Shown: one piece after another, positions 1-8,959 of the stretch
Numbering within the stretch: position 1 is the stretch's first letter
How the letters are laid out: each line of letters starts with the position of its first letter
IMG/VR virus record: IMGVR_UViG_3300027631_000013
Strand: one strand, 5' to 3'
DNA length: 20,000 nt
From: an uncultured virus (IMG/VR IMGVR_UViG_3300027631_000013)
Taxonomy: Duplodnaviria; Heunggongvirae; Uroviricota; Caudoviricetes
Notes under the pieces: model-generated
What the model was told of the DNA's origin: nothing
The model's input: the letters and a program-made list of their open reading frames with translations, nothing else
Database searches by the model: none
Made by a program: the position numbers and the translations under genes

Positions 1-2538
1 ACTAGATCCTGTTGATGATATATTGAAATCACTACCAGATGTTCCAGTTGCTAATGTTTGAGAAGAACCTGACAAACCATTAAGATTTGTGATTCCAGCC
101 CCAGTAGTAGAAACTGTAATTGACCCAGATGCATTAGTGATTGAAATACCACTACCAGCAGTAAGGGTAGACTTAATTAACGTTCCGCCAGTAGAAGACC
201 CAATTAAAAGCTGACCATCTGTATATGAAGTTTGTCCAGTACCACCATAAAGAGTGCCAATAGTAGTTGCATTCCAAGTACCTGAAGTTAATGTTCCTAC
301 AGATGTCAAAGAAGATGAAACTACTGCACTTCCTAAAGAAATAGCATCAATTACTTTCGTGCCATTAATTCTATAAGTGTAACCAGTGCCAATATTAACA
401 TCACCCATTACATGAAGTTTAAAGCCAGGTAATGAAGTTCCAACACCTACACTTGTTCCAAACTCTGCCATTGAAAGAGTGCCATTAGCATTAGCACGTA
501 AAATTGGCAAACCTGAAATATCATTGACAGAGAAAATTGTGCCAGAAGATAGGTTGTTGTTGATAGAGAATAACTGACCAGATGAACCTTCAAATGATAA
601 TGTATTGTCAGCTAAAATTGATAATGTAATTGGATTGTTTGTTTGTCCAATAAATGCAATTGATGGAATTACAGTTGTACCAGCAACTCCTAATGTTGCT
701 TGGTTAAAATATAACTCTCCTTGAACATATGCATCACTACCAAAATATGATGTCTGCCCTACTCCAATACCACCTGCTACTACTAAAGCGCCAGAAGAAG
801 ATGATGTAGATGCTGTAGAACTATTAATTCTTCCAGTGCCATTTACATTAAGATTTCCTGATATTCCAACTCCGCCAAACGCAAGTAAAGAGCCAGATGA
901 GAATCCAGTAGAAGCTGTAGTATTAGAAACAATTAAAGCTGATGAGAAAGTTTTTGCACCAGCTATTGTTTGTGCATTTGTAGTAATTAAACCAGTGGAA
1001 GCAGCACCAGCATAAGGGATATTAAATGTATGTGTTGATGTGGATGATGAAATATTAAAATCAGATCCAGATGTTCCAGTAGCAAATGTTTGTGTTGCTG
1101 CTGTTAATCCATTTAAAGATGTTATTGCTGCTGTTACAAAAGAAGTCCATCCAAGAGCAGCAGAACCATTTGTAATTAATGCTTGATTTGAAGTACCATC
1201 AGCAATTGGTAAAGTGAAAGTAACATTGCCAGAAGAAGAGCCAGATTTAAATGCAGTGTAGAAAGTATTACCAGAATTAAAGAATCTTAGTTCTTTCTGT
1301 GCTAATATTTCTATATGATCTGCTACATCTATCGTGCCTGTAACTTGTAAACTTCCACCAATTCCAACTCCACCTGTTACTACTAATGCGCCTGTAGATG
1401 TAGAACCTGAAGCTGTTGCCCCTTGAATAAAGACAGAACTAGCAAAATATGATGTTAAACCTACACCAATGCCACCTGAGAATACAACACCACCAGTAGC
1501 AGAAGAAGTAGATGCTGTGGCTGAAGTAAATCTAGAAACACCACCAACATTTATAGATCCACCAATTCCAACACCACCAGTAACAATAATAGCACCAGTA
1601 GTTGTGTTAGTGGAAGCGGTAGACCCAGTAATGGTCATTCCTATACCAAGAATGTTTCCAGAAGGATACAAACCAACCATTAATGATCCAGGGTTGTTTT
1701 GCACCTCAATTGCTGGATACCCATCAGAGTTAAACCCTCTAACAACAATACCAGCAGCATTTGGAGCTTGAACCGATACACCAGGAGTTCTACCGTCAGC
1801 GTGGGTTAAAACAGCTCCAAAGTTAAAAGTACCAGAACTATTAATCCAAGAAAGGTTTGAGGCAGAGCTGTTTTGCCATTGTTGTAAGTTACCAGTTTGA
1901 GATGTTGCACCTCTTACTGTAATACCTATACCAGTTGCAGTGGGGATAGTAACAAGTAATCTTTGAAGTGCATTAAGAACTGTAATATCTGAGTTAGTAC
2001 CAGCAGTAGCAGCACTTAAATTAGTTCTAGCATCAGCAGCAGTAGTAGCGCCTGTACCACCATACAATACTGCAATAGGTGTACCGTTCCAAGTACCAGA
2101 AGTAACCGTGCCAAAACCAGTAAGAGAAGAATTAACAACAGTAGATCCTAAAGTCGTGGAATCTAATACTCTTGTTCCGCCAATTCTTAATGTTTTTCCA
2201 GATCCAGCGTTGATATCACCATTAACATCTAATTTATATAATGGGTTTACTGTACCAACACCAACATTACCAAAGAACTCAGCAATTCCAACTGTACCAT
2301 CAGCATCTATTCTTAAAGATGGAATACCTGATATATCGTTGACTGAAAATATTGTTCCAGTGGTGACAGAATTAGAAACAGAGAAAAGTTGCCCCGTAGA
2401 GCCTTCAAAAGAAATTGTATTATCATCTAAAACATAAAGATAAATCGGATCATTTGTAGAGCCAATAAAAGCAATATTAGGATAACCACTTTTACCTTTA
2501 TTTGTTTCAATACGAATATTCTTATCTGAATTGGCCAT
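1..2538 (-). CDS. Large Gly/Ser/Thr-rich phage fibre/structural protein, >=846 aa, 3' end beyond the left edge (absent from the ORF track)
   Basis: ATG at 2538-2536. Hand translation stays open to base 1: MANSDKNIRIETNKGKSGYPNIAFIGSTNDPIYLYVLDDNTISFEGSTGQLFSV...ATGTSGSDFNISSTGSS. Contains fibre-type motifs (GNVGVGTxxPxYKLDVNGD, GTWNGTPIAVLYGGTG, TFTLPIADGTSNQALITNGSAALGW, STASTxTTTGAxxVTGGVGIGG). Confidence 0.85.
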   Translation of the reverse strand, partial: MANSDKNIRIETNKGKSGYPNIAFIGSTNDPIYLYVLDDNTISFEGSTGQLFSVSNSVTTGTIFSVNDISGIPSLRIDADGTVGIAEFFGNVGVGTVNPLYKLDVNGDINAGSGKTLRIGGTRVLDSTTLGSTVVNSSLTGFGTVTSGTWNGTPIAVLYGGTGATTAADARTNLSAATAGTNSDITVLNALQRLLVTIPTATGIGITVRGATSQTGNLQQWQNSSASNLSWINSSGTFNFGAVLTHADGRTPGVSVQAPNAAGIVVRGFNSDGYPAIEVQNNPGSLMVGLYPSGNILGIGMTITGSTASTNTTTGAIIVTGGVGIGGSINVGGVSRFTSATASTSSATGGVVFSGGIGVGLTSYFASSVFIQGATASGSTSTGALVVTGGVGIGGSLQVTGTIDVADHIEILAQKELRFFNSGNTFYTAFKSGSSSGNVTFTLPIADGTSNQALITNGSAALGWTSFVTAAITSLNGLTAATQTFATGTSGSDFNISSSTSTHTFNIPYAGAASTGLITTNAQTIAGAKTFSSALIVSNTTASTGFSSGSLLAFGGVGISGNLNVNGTGRINSSTASTSSSSGALVVAGGIGVGQTSYFGSDAYVQGELYFNQATLGVAGTTVIPSIAFIGQTNNPITLSILADNTLSFEGSSGQLFSINNNLSSGTIFSVNDISGLPILRANANGTLSMAEFGTSVGVGTSLPGFKLHVMGDVNIGTGYTYRINGTKVIDAISLGSAVVSSSLTSVGTLTSGTWNATTIGTLYGGTGQTSYTDGQLLIGSSTGGTLIKSTLTAGSGISITNASGSITVSTTGAGITNLNGLSGSSQTLATGTSGSDFNISSTGSS
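235..2481 (-). repeat. Intragenic duplication of a 144-aa module (copies 2050-2481 and 235-666)
   Basis: PNIAFIGSTNDPI..DNTISFEGSTGQLFSV..GTIFSVNDISGIP..TSGTWNGT..LYGGTG versus PSIAFIGQTNNPI..DNTLSFEGSSGQLFSI..GTIFSVNDISGLP..TSGTWNAT..LYGGTG; both spans are 432 nt. Confidence 0.85.
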
Positions 2539-2582
2539 TTTTATGCTCTTTTATTAGGGAGAAAAGAAATTGAGTTTCTTCT

Positions 2583-2590
2583 TATTTATT
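2583..2590 (-). promoter_or_regulatory. Candidate T4-like late promoter box AATAAATA upstream of the left-edge fibre gene
   Basis: One mismatch from the T4 gp55 consensus TATAAATA. Lies in one of only three intergenic gaps >10 nt, 44 nt before the ATG. The same octamer occurs before the 1206-aa gene. AT-rich context weakens the call. Confidence 0.45.
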
Positions 2591-2625
2591 TGGCTATCTC
2601 GAGGCTTTCATCCTTGCAAATAAGA

Positions 2626-4605
2626 TTACACACCATATCTGGATCTCATCAGTTCAAAGTTTTCTCTCATTTCTTTAGGACTTAGAGCTTTGTTGTAAAT
2701 CTGTACCTGATAAATAGTGCCGTTGAAATAGTCTCCTGATCCGCCACCCAAAGTAGCTCTTCCAACATTTACACCAGCAACATCTGTAAGTGTTGTGGAA
2801 GCAAGGGCTACATTTCCATCTTCAACGCCATTTATATAAAGTCTCATTAATGAACCAGCTCTATCATAAACAACAGCACCACAAAATATTTTTCCTGTAT
2901 TCACTCTTTGAGAAGAAGATTTACCAGCAGTTCCAGCACCATCGGCATACAAAGCTGTACCCAAAACATAAAGTTGAAAACCTGTGCCATTTCTTTTTGA
3001 AGCTATACAGTTATATCCAGTAGAAGTAGTTTTAAACCAAGCTATAATAGTTGCGCTTCCTGTACCCAAATCAAATCTACTTGCTGTTGGAACTGTAGCG
3101 AATGATGAAGAGCCGTTAAAGACAAAAGCTCCTCCATGTACAGAAGAAAATGTCATGCTATTTAATGTTGCTGTGCTTCCACTTCCACTTATTTCATACC
3201 AAGAAGCACCACCGCCAGGATAAGAATCAGGATTAGCAGCATCTAAATGTAAAATAAGGCTTTGTTGAGGTATAGTGTGATATTGAGAAGCAAATTGCCT
3301 ATATAAGGACAATATCTCGGTCTGGTTTAAAGCTCTGTCATAAATTAAAGCTTTTGTAACTTTGCCTTTAAAATATCTTGTTCCGCCAGGGTCTGAACCA
3401 ATGTAAATATTTGCATACGAATGTGATGCCATTGCAACATTGTTATATGCAAATGTTTTATTTAAAGATAATCTTGATTGTGTTGGCTCTACTGCAGCAG
3501 TAGCCATAAACCAAGCATTATTAGGCATTGTTAGTCCTGAAGAAAACTGTCCGGCATCAAAAGTATTATTCCAATTGTAACCAAGAAAATTTGAACTAGA
3601 ATAATATTGTAGACCTGTAGCACTACCCCTGTCATAGATTAAACCTGCATAAGTTTGTTGCAGACCATCAGGATATCCTACAAAAACAAATGTGCCTTCA
3701 GTTACCGTATCAGAATATGAAGCAAAAGCGTAGTCGTTAGTCCCATCAAAATAAAAATAACCAGACTGTCCAGATCCTGAAAAACTCACTCCATTGAACA
3801 AAGTAACATGATTATTATTTCCAGATATGTCGTACCAAACTGTACCAACACCAGCATATGACAATGAGGAGTTTGCATCTAAAAAAACTTGTAATCCATC
3901 TGTAATTACTGGAGTTTTAATAGAAAGCTTTAACTTATTTGCTTGAAAGTTTTGTGCAATTTCCGTGTCTGTTAATTCTCTGTTATATATTTTGACAGAG
4001 TAGATTCTTCCATTAAAATAAAATCCAGAACCAAAATATTTACCAAGGAAAACTGATGCAGAATTTGATGCAGTTTTTGATGAATATGTAGTGGAAAGAA
4101 CACGGTTTCCATCTTTATATATTTTTTTATTTGTCGTAGTACTGTTAATTGTTGTACTTACGGTTTGAATATTTCTGTTTTCTTGAAATGAAGATGTTAC
4201 TAAATCATCACCAGTGCCTGAATTGCCTGTTAACCAAGACAAAGTAGTGTTAAAATAAATCATGTAGTCAGTAGATGAATTATTATCAGCTGAACGTTTT
4301 GCAATTAAAGAGGAGTTAGGAACGTAGTTGTAAACATCGTAAACAATTTCTATAGTAGCTGATGTTCCTGTTCCAATATTTAAAGAAGTGGAATGAGGTA
4401 TTTCTATATAGTCATTACTTCCATCTAATTCAAAAAAACCACCATAGGAATTATATAAAACACCATTATTTAAAATGCCATTATTTCCATATCCACTAAT
4501 GTCATACCAAGTGTTTCCAGACCCAGAATATGATTTAGTATTTGTAGCATCTAAATGTAATACAAGATTAGAGGAAGTTAAGTTTTTACCTTGAAAAAGA
4601 GCCAT
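2626..4605 (-). CDS. Protein with three tandem LamG/concanavalin-A-like jelly-roll domains (Laminin_G_3-like), putative carbohydrate-binding virion protein, 659 aa
   Basis: Three units of LxLxLDA.N..SY.G.G..WY(D/E)ISG...F..(D/N)G....F.G.....IY(N/D)(R/K).L...E(I/M); ends ENFELMRSRYGV; its start overlaps the upstream stop (TAATG). Confidence 0.85.
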   Translation of the reverse strand: MALFQGKNLTSSNLVLHLDATNTKSYSGSGNTWYDISGYGNNGILNNGVLYNSYGGFFELDGSNDYIEIPHSTSLNIGTGTSATIEIVYDVYNYVPNSSLIAKRSADNNSSTDYMIYFNTTLSWLTGNSGTGDDLVTSSFQENRNIQTVSTTINSTTTNKKIYKDGNRVLSTTYSSKTASNSASVFLGKYFGSGFYFNGRIYSVKIYNRELTDTEIAQNFQANKLKLSIKTPVITDGLQVFLDANSSLSYAGVGTVWYDISGNNNHVTLFNGVSFSGSGQSGYFYFDGTNDYAFASYSDTVTEGTFVFVGYPDGLQQTYAGLIYDRGSATGLQYYSSSNFLGYNWNNTFDAGQFSSGLTMPNNAWFMATAAVEPTQSRLSLNKTFAYNNVAMASHSYANIYIGSDPGGTRYFKGKVTKALIYDRALNQTEILSLYRQFASQYHTIPQQSLILHLDAANPDSYPGGGASWYEISGSGSTATLNSMTFSSVHGGAFVFNGSSSFATVPTASRFDLGTGSATIIAWFKTTSTGYNCIASKRNGTGFQLYVLGTALYADGAGTAGKSSSQRVNTGKIFCGAVVYDRAGSLMRLYINGVEDGNVALASTTLTDVAGVNVGRATLGGGSGDYFNGTIYQVQIYNKALSPKEMRENFELMRSRYGV

Positions 4606-6731
4606 TATATTCCAAATCTCCCTCTTAAAGCATTGAAGTTTTGTGTGATTTCTGCTTGTGATAATTCTCTGTCATACATCATCACAAGGTAGATTTCACC
4701 CTTCCACCAATAGTCGCTTACCCCTGAACTTAAGCCTCCAGCATAAGCGCCTATAACGTATCTACTTAATGTAATGTCGCCAGTACCAAGAGAATTGGAT
4801 GAAAGTGAAGGTGATATTTTTGTAACACTATCTGTATCTAAAATCGAGATTGCTGTTCCTGCGTAAGATCTTGAAAGACCTAATTGATATACAGTATTGT
4901 TTTGGAAAGTGGTTGGAGAACTGCTTTCATCATATGTAGATAAAGTAGTAAATGCAAAATTGAATGTTTTGTATGCTGATGGATTGTCAAGTCCAATTCC
5001 AATCCCATTATTTCTAGAAGCAGCAAAATCAGTAGTGTCTATTGCATACTGCCTACCTGAACCGCTCATTGTTTTACACCAGACATATACTGACAATTCT
5101 TGTTTATTAGTCAGGTTTTTACTAGTAGTGCAAAGAAAAGCTGCTTTAGATGTGTTGCCATTAAAATAAAAACCATTATTTTGGAATACAGGCAAAGAAG
5201 TTCCATAAGTGACCATTCTTGCATGGTTTTGATTTCCACTTAAGTCATACCATTTAGTGCCCTTGCCTGGATATGAGTTTTTATCAGCGGCATCTAAAAG
5301 TAATACCAAGCCTTTTCTTACAATATCTGGATTAAATGAGTTTTGAATTGCTCTATAGTTTTGACCAATTTCTGTATTAGTAAGTGCTCTGTTGTAAACT
5401 TTAACATTGTAAACATTAACATTAGGGCCAAGATAAGCTCCAGTGTCAAATCTACCAATATTTACTGGTTTAGCATTGTCATAAGATAATGATGCTGTAT
5501 ATGGTACTGTTGATGTTAGTCTGCCATTAATGAAAGTCTTGATACTGTTCAAATCATATGTCATTGCATAGTGGTAAGTTTTATTCACTACTACATTTGA
5601 AAAACTCATAGAAGTACCATCAGCATTCAAATACCAAGTTAATACATTTGAGTTTGCACCTGAATATAAAGCCCAAGTTGCACCAGCTCCATTTAAAGGC
5701 TTATTGATGATATGTTCATAACCAGAGATTGTCCCAGTTAATTTAAATGTAATCTCTGCGGACATTCTTGTTAGTCCATTAAAAGCTGTGGCAGAATCAG
5801 TAATAAAATAATCATCTGTACCATCAAATGCAATCCCACCACCATTTTCTGAAGTAAACGCAGCTCCAGAAAAAAGCTTCCCATGAGCATAAGAATTAGA
5901 AAGATCAGCCCATACAGTAGATCCAGAACCAGAAAAAGATTGTGGATTTGAAGCATCTAAATGAAAAATTAAACCATCAGTAACATATGGTTGTGATTTC
6001 TTTACATATTTTTGCACAGTTGATAAATATAAAGATCTAACTTCTTCTGCTGAAAGATTTCTATTATAAAATTGTGCTGAAGCTATTTGACCTTTGAGAT
6101 ATCCATAACCCCAAGGAACTCTACCAAAAGCAGTTCCTGTGCCTGTTACACTTGATTTACTACCTGTAGTAGACCTATCAATCACACCATTCACAAATAT
6201 TCTTTGTAGATAATTTAAATTGTTATAGCAAAATACAACATGGTACCAATTGTTAGCAACAGGAACGGTTACACTTGCAGAATCATTAGCCCAAAGACCT
6301 AAATGAAATGACGTACCTCTTTGAAGAAGGTGGACATTACCGTTAGTACCACATATACCTTGATCAACTCCAATGTTAATACCATCAAACTTAATCCAAA
6401 AAGCAACGGACCAGGAATTATCTACCCAAAATGTTGATGGAATACTTGAACAATCTATATAGTCATTAGAACCATCAAAAATAAAATATCCACGATTGCT
6501 TGATGAATAGGCAACACCATTAGTGAGAGTGCCATTTCTTCCATTACCAGATAAATCATAAACTGTATTTCCAGAACCAGAATATGATTTAGGATTAGTG
6601 GCATCATAATAAGCAACTAATTCATCTCTTAAGATTCTCGGACCAACACCTCTACTGATCCCAAGGTCACGAGCAGAATATCCAATTGCGGCTATTCTGT
6701 TATTAAAAAATCCTTGGGTAATTAGAGACAT
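4605..6731 (-). CDS. Protein with three tandem LamG-like domains and a ~22-aa N-terminal extension, 708 aa
   Basis: Three units (LVAYYDATNPKSYSGSG, LIFHLDASNPQSFSGSG, LVLLLDAADKNSYPGKG), each ending Y(N/D)R.L...E(I/V); WYHVVFCY and YHYAMTYD LamG strands; ends QNFNALRGRFGI. Confidence 0.85.
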   Translation of the reverse strand: MSLITQGFFNNRIAAIGYSARDLGISRGVGPRILRDELVAYYDATNPKSYSGSGNTVYDLSGNGRNGTLTNGVAYSSSNRGYFIFDGSNDYIDCSSIPSTFWVDNSWSVAFWIKFDGINIGVDQGICGTNGNVHLLQRGTSFHLGLWANDSASVTVPVANNWYHVVFCYNNLNYLQRIFVNGVIDRSTTGSKSSVTGTGTAFGRVPWGYGYLKGQIASAQFYNRNLSAEEVRSLYLSTVQKYVKKSQPYVTDGLIFHLDASNPQSFSGSGSTVWADLSNSYAHGKLFSGAAFTSENGGGIAFDGTDDYFITDSATAFNGLTRMSAEITFKLTGTISGYEHIINKPLNGAGATWALYSGANSNVLTWYLNADGTSMSFSNVVVNKTYHYAMTYDLNSIKTFINGRLTSTVPYTASLSYDNAKPVNIGRFDTGAYLGPNVNVYNVKVYNRALTNTEIGQNYRAIQNSFNPDIVRKGLVLLLDAADKNSYPGKGTKWYDLSGNQNHARMVTYGTSLPVFQNNGFYFNGNTSKAAFLCTTSKNLTNKQELSVYVWCKTMSGSGRQYAIDTTDFAASRNNGIGIGLDNPSAYKTFNFAFTTLSTYDESSSPTTFQNNTVYQLGLSRSYAGTAISILDTDSVTKISPSLSSNSLGTGDITLSRYVIGAYAGGLSSGVSDYWWKGEIYLVMMYDRELSQAEITQNFNALRGRFGI

Positions 6732-6734
6732 TTT

Positions 6735-7295
6735 TTAAGTCCTTGATGTTGGTGCTGTTGCTGAATTAAGGGTAAATGTCTTTACTGCTGTCGTACCATC
6801 ATTAGCATACATGGTCATTGTTGTTCCAGAAATCACCCACTTACCAAATCCTTGAGCTCTTGCAGCATTTAAACAATCACCAATAGTTTCTGCAGTGTTT
6901 GATACCGGAATTGCTTGTGTTGTATCTAAATATGCACCAGCTTCTAAATCATATTCCATCAAAACAGGAATCATATTTGCTGCACCTGATACCATAACTA
7001 CTGCTTTATCAACACCAGAAGCAAAAACAGCATTAGGAATATCAAATCTATATAAACCTGGCATTCTAGCTTGATCCACTTCTACAAAACCACCAGAAGA
7101 ATATGATCCTGTAACTGTTTGTGTAGCTAATGTAATTGTTGTTGCCGATCCTGCAGGCCTGATATAATGGGACAACAATCCACTACTTTGATATGTAAGA
7201 CCTGTTAAGCCTGTTCCTGTTGCTGAAGTACTATCACCAACAAAAATATATTCTATTCTTGATGTGCTTCCTTTCCTTACTGATAATTTTGCCAT
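6735..7295 (-). CDS. Hypothetical 186-aa two-domain beta-rich virion protein (putative adaptor)
   Basis: Clean ORF, SD-like GAGAGGA at 7300-7306, 1-nt and 3-nt gaps to its neighbours. N-terminal beta-rich part (..GLTGL..GGFVEVDQARMPGLYRFDIPNA..) and a C-terminal part (..TMTMYANDGTTAVKTFTLNSATAPTSRT). Function is inferred from position only. Confidence 0.75.
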   Translation of the reverse strand: MAKLSVRKGSTSRIEYIFVGDSTSATGTGLTGLTYQSSGLLSHYIRPAGSATTITLATQTVTGSYSSGGFVEVDQARMPGLYRFDIPNAVFASGVDKAVVMVSGAANMIPVLMEYDLEAGAYLDTTQAIPVSNTAETIGDCLNAARAQGFGKWVISGTTMTMYANDGTTAVKTFTLNSATAPTSRT

Positions 7296-7296
7296 G

Positions 7297-8958
7297 TTAT
7301 CCTCTCATACCACCATTCATATTGATTTTTGCTGGTAATATACTATTCTGTATTGGTCCTACGTCTTTATTTTTAGAAGTGTTTGATGGAGATAATAAAG
7401 TAGGGACTGTATCAAACTTAATTGTCTTTCCACCTTGTGCATCATCATTAAGTAACAAGTTATAATTTACATAATCTTTGAATGGACTTTTAGGCAATAC
7501 ATAATTGTTAATGTTTAACCATCTACTAGAATCAAAAGTATTACCAGAAGTTATTCCTATTGAAGAACAATTGTGCATATAATTATTTTCAATCATAAAT
7601 GCAAAGCTTGTTGATCCACAAATATTACTGAACAATGTTCCAGAATTGTTCACAAATATATTATTGTAAATATATGTTGGAGAATGATTGCCAAACTGGG
7701 TGCAATTTTCATAAGATGCAATAAAGCCCGCAGTCCCATTCATAATGCAATTATTTTTAATTATTTGACCTGAATGCTGACCTGGGTTATTCCATATTGG
7801 AACTGTCGTGTTATTATGTCCAAGAAATATTAAACAATTTTTATAGTATGTATTGTAACCAAATGTTCCACCACCAATTCCTCCGTAAGCAGCAGTATTA
7901 GGTCTAAAATCATAAATAGTGCTAAAATCTGAGTTAGTAGTGTGATAAGCTTTTACTATGTCCCAAGCACATAGTCTATAAGCTAATCCAGAGGCACCAT
8001 TCCATACACTATTTTTAAATATAGAGTTTGTTATGGTTGCATATGGCTGGTTGTTGCCGTTGTACATTACATAACAGCCGAGAAGATCTTTAGAATCTGC
8101 AATAATGTTTCTTATTTTGGTAGAGTTGCCATCACCTCTTCCAAAGTATCGTGCCCCTGCAGCTGTAAAAGTTAGCGTAGGTCGGCCAGAATCATGTCTG
8201 TAATTTTCATATCCAAAAATATTAGGATAACCATTACCAGCCAAAAATGTCTGTATTCCCCAAGTATATTCACCATCTGCTTTTATATAAATAAAATTAA
8301 CACTATTGGCGAGATAATTAAAATCAAAAAAAGCATAATATGGGTTTTGCATTGCGCCGCCCATATAAGCAGTTCCATTTGTAGCACCAGAAGTACCAGC
8401 TGCTCTGTCTAAAGTTGCAATAACTCCAGAAAGAGAGTTTATTACAAAAACCTGAGCTGTAAAATTTGTTCCAGCTGTAATTCTTATTGTGTTACCGATC
8501 ATTGCTGGAGTAAATGGGTTTGCTACACTTGAACAAGTTGAAGAAGTATTTAACAATAAGTCAGTAATCAATAGTCTATTAGAATTATTTTGAGTATAAT
8601 CTATAGCCCAAGTTCCTGAAGACAAACTATCAGTTGTTCCGATTCCATTTACTGAAGATCTTCTTCTATTAAGCTTTACAACTTGACCTGAATTAGCATT
8701 TAAAACTGCTGATCCTGATGAAATACTAGTTATCAAATACCACCCTGGAGTCCAACTAGTACCAGATTTTATAAATAAATGATAACCAACATCTCCAGAA
8801 ACAAAAGTATAATTTGAAGCAGTAACAGAAGGTGTGGCTGAAGTACCATTTGAAGAGCTAAGAGTTGATGTCATAGTGGCATTTGGGTCAAAACAACCAC
8901 TATTGTTATCGCTGCCTAGACTTCTTACTTCCCAATTAGCGTAAAAGCTTGCTGCCAT
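7297..8958 (-). CDS. Putative right-handed parallel beta-helix (pectin-lyase-like) receptor-binding/depolymerase-like protein, 553 aa; paralog of 8960-10567
   Basis: Asn-ladder rungs (IRNIIAD, ITNSIFKN, YKNCLIF, IKNNCIMN, IYNNIFVNN, IENNYMHN); C-terminal SPF.D..NY.L.L...DVGPIQ cap; SD AGGAGG 5 nt upstream. Confidence 0.7.
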   Translation of the reverse strand: MAASFYANWEVRSLGSDNNSGCFDPNATMTSTLSSSNGTSATPSVTASNYTFVSGDVGYHLFIKSGTSWTPGWYLITSISSGSAVLNANSGQVVKLNRRRSSVNGIGTTDSLSSGTWAIDYTQNNSNRLLITDLLLNTSSTCSSVANPFTPAMIGNTIRITAGTNFTAQVFVINSLSGVIATLDRAAGTSGATNGTAYMGGAMQNPYYAFFDFNYLANSVNFIYIKADGEYTWGIQTFLAGNGYPNIFGYENYRHDSGRPTLTFTAAGARYFGRGDGNSTKIRNIIADSKDLLGCYVMYNGNNQPYATITNSIFKNSVWNGASGLAYRLCAWDIVKAYHTTNSDFSTIYDFRPNTAAYGGIGGGTFGYNTYYKNCLIFLGHNNTTVPIWNNPGQHSGQIIKNNCIMNGTAGFIASYENCTQFGNHSPTYIYNNIFVNNSGTLFSNICGSTSFAFMIENNYMHNCSSIGITSGNTFDSSRWLNINNYVLPKSPFKDYVNYNLLLNDDAQGGKTIKFDTVPTLLSPSNTSKNKDVGPIQNSILPAKINMNGGMRG

Positions 8959-8959
8959 A

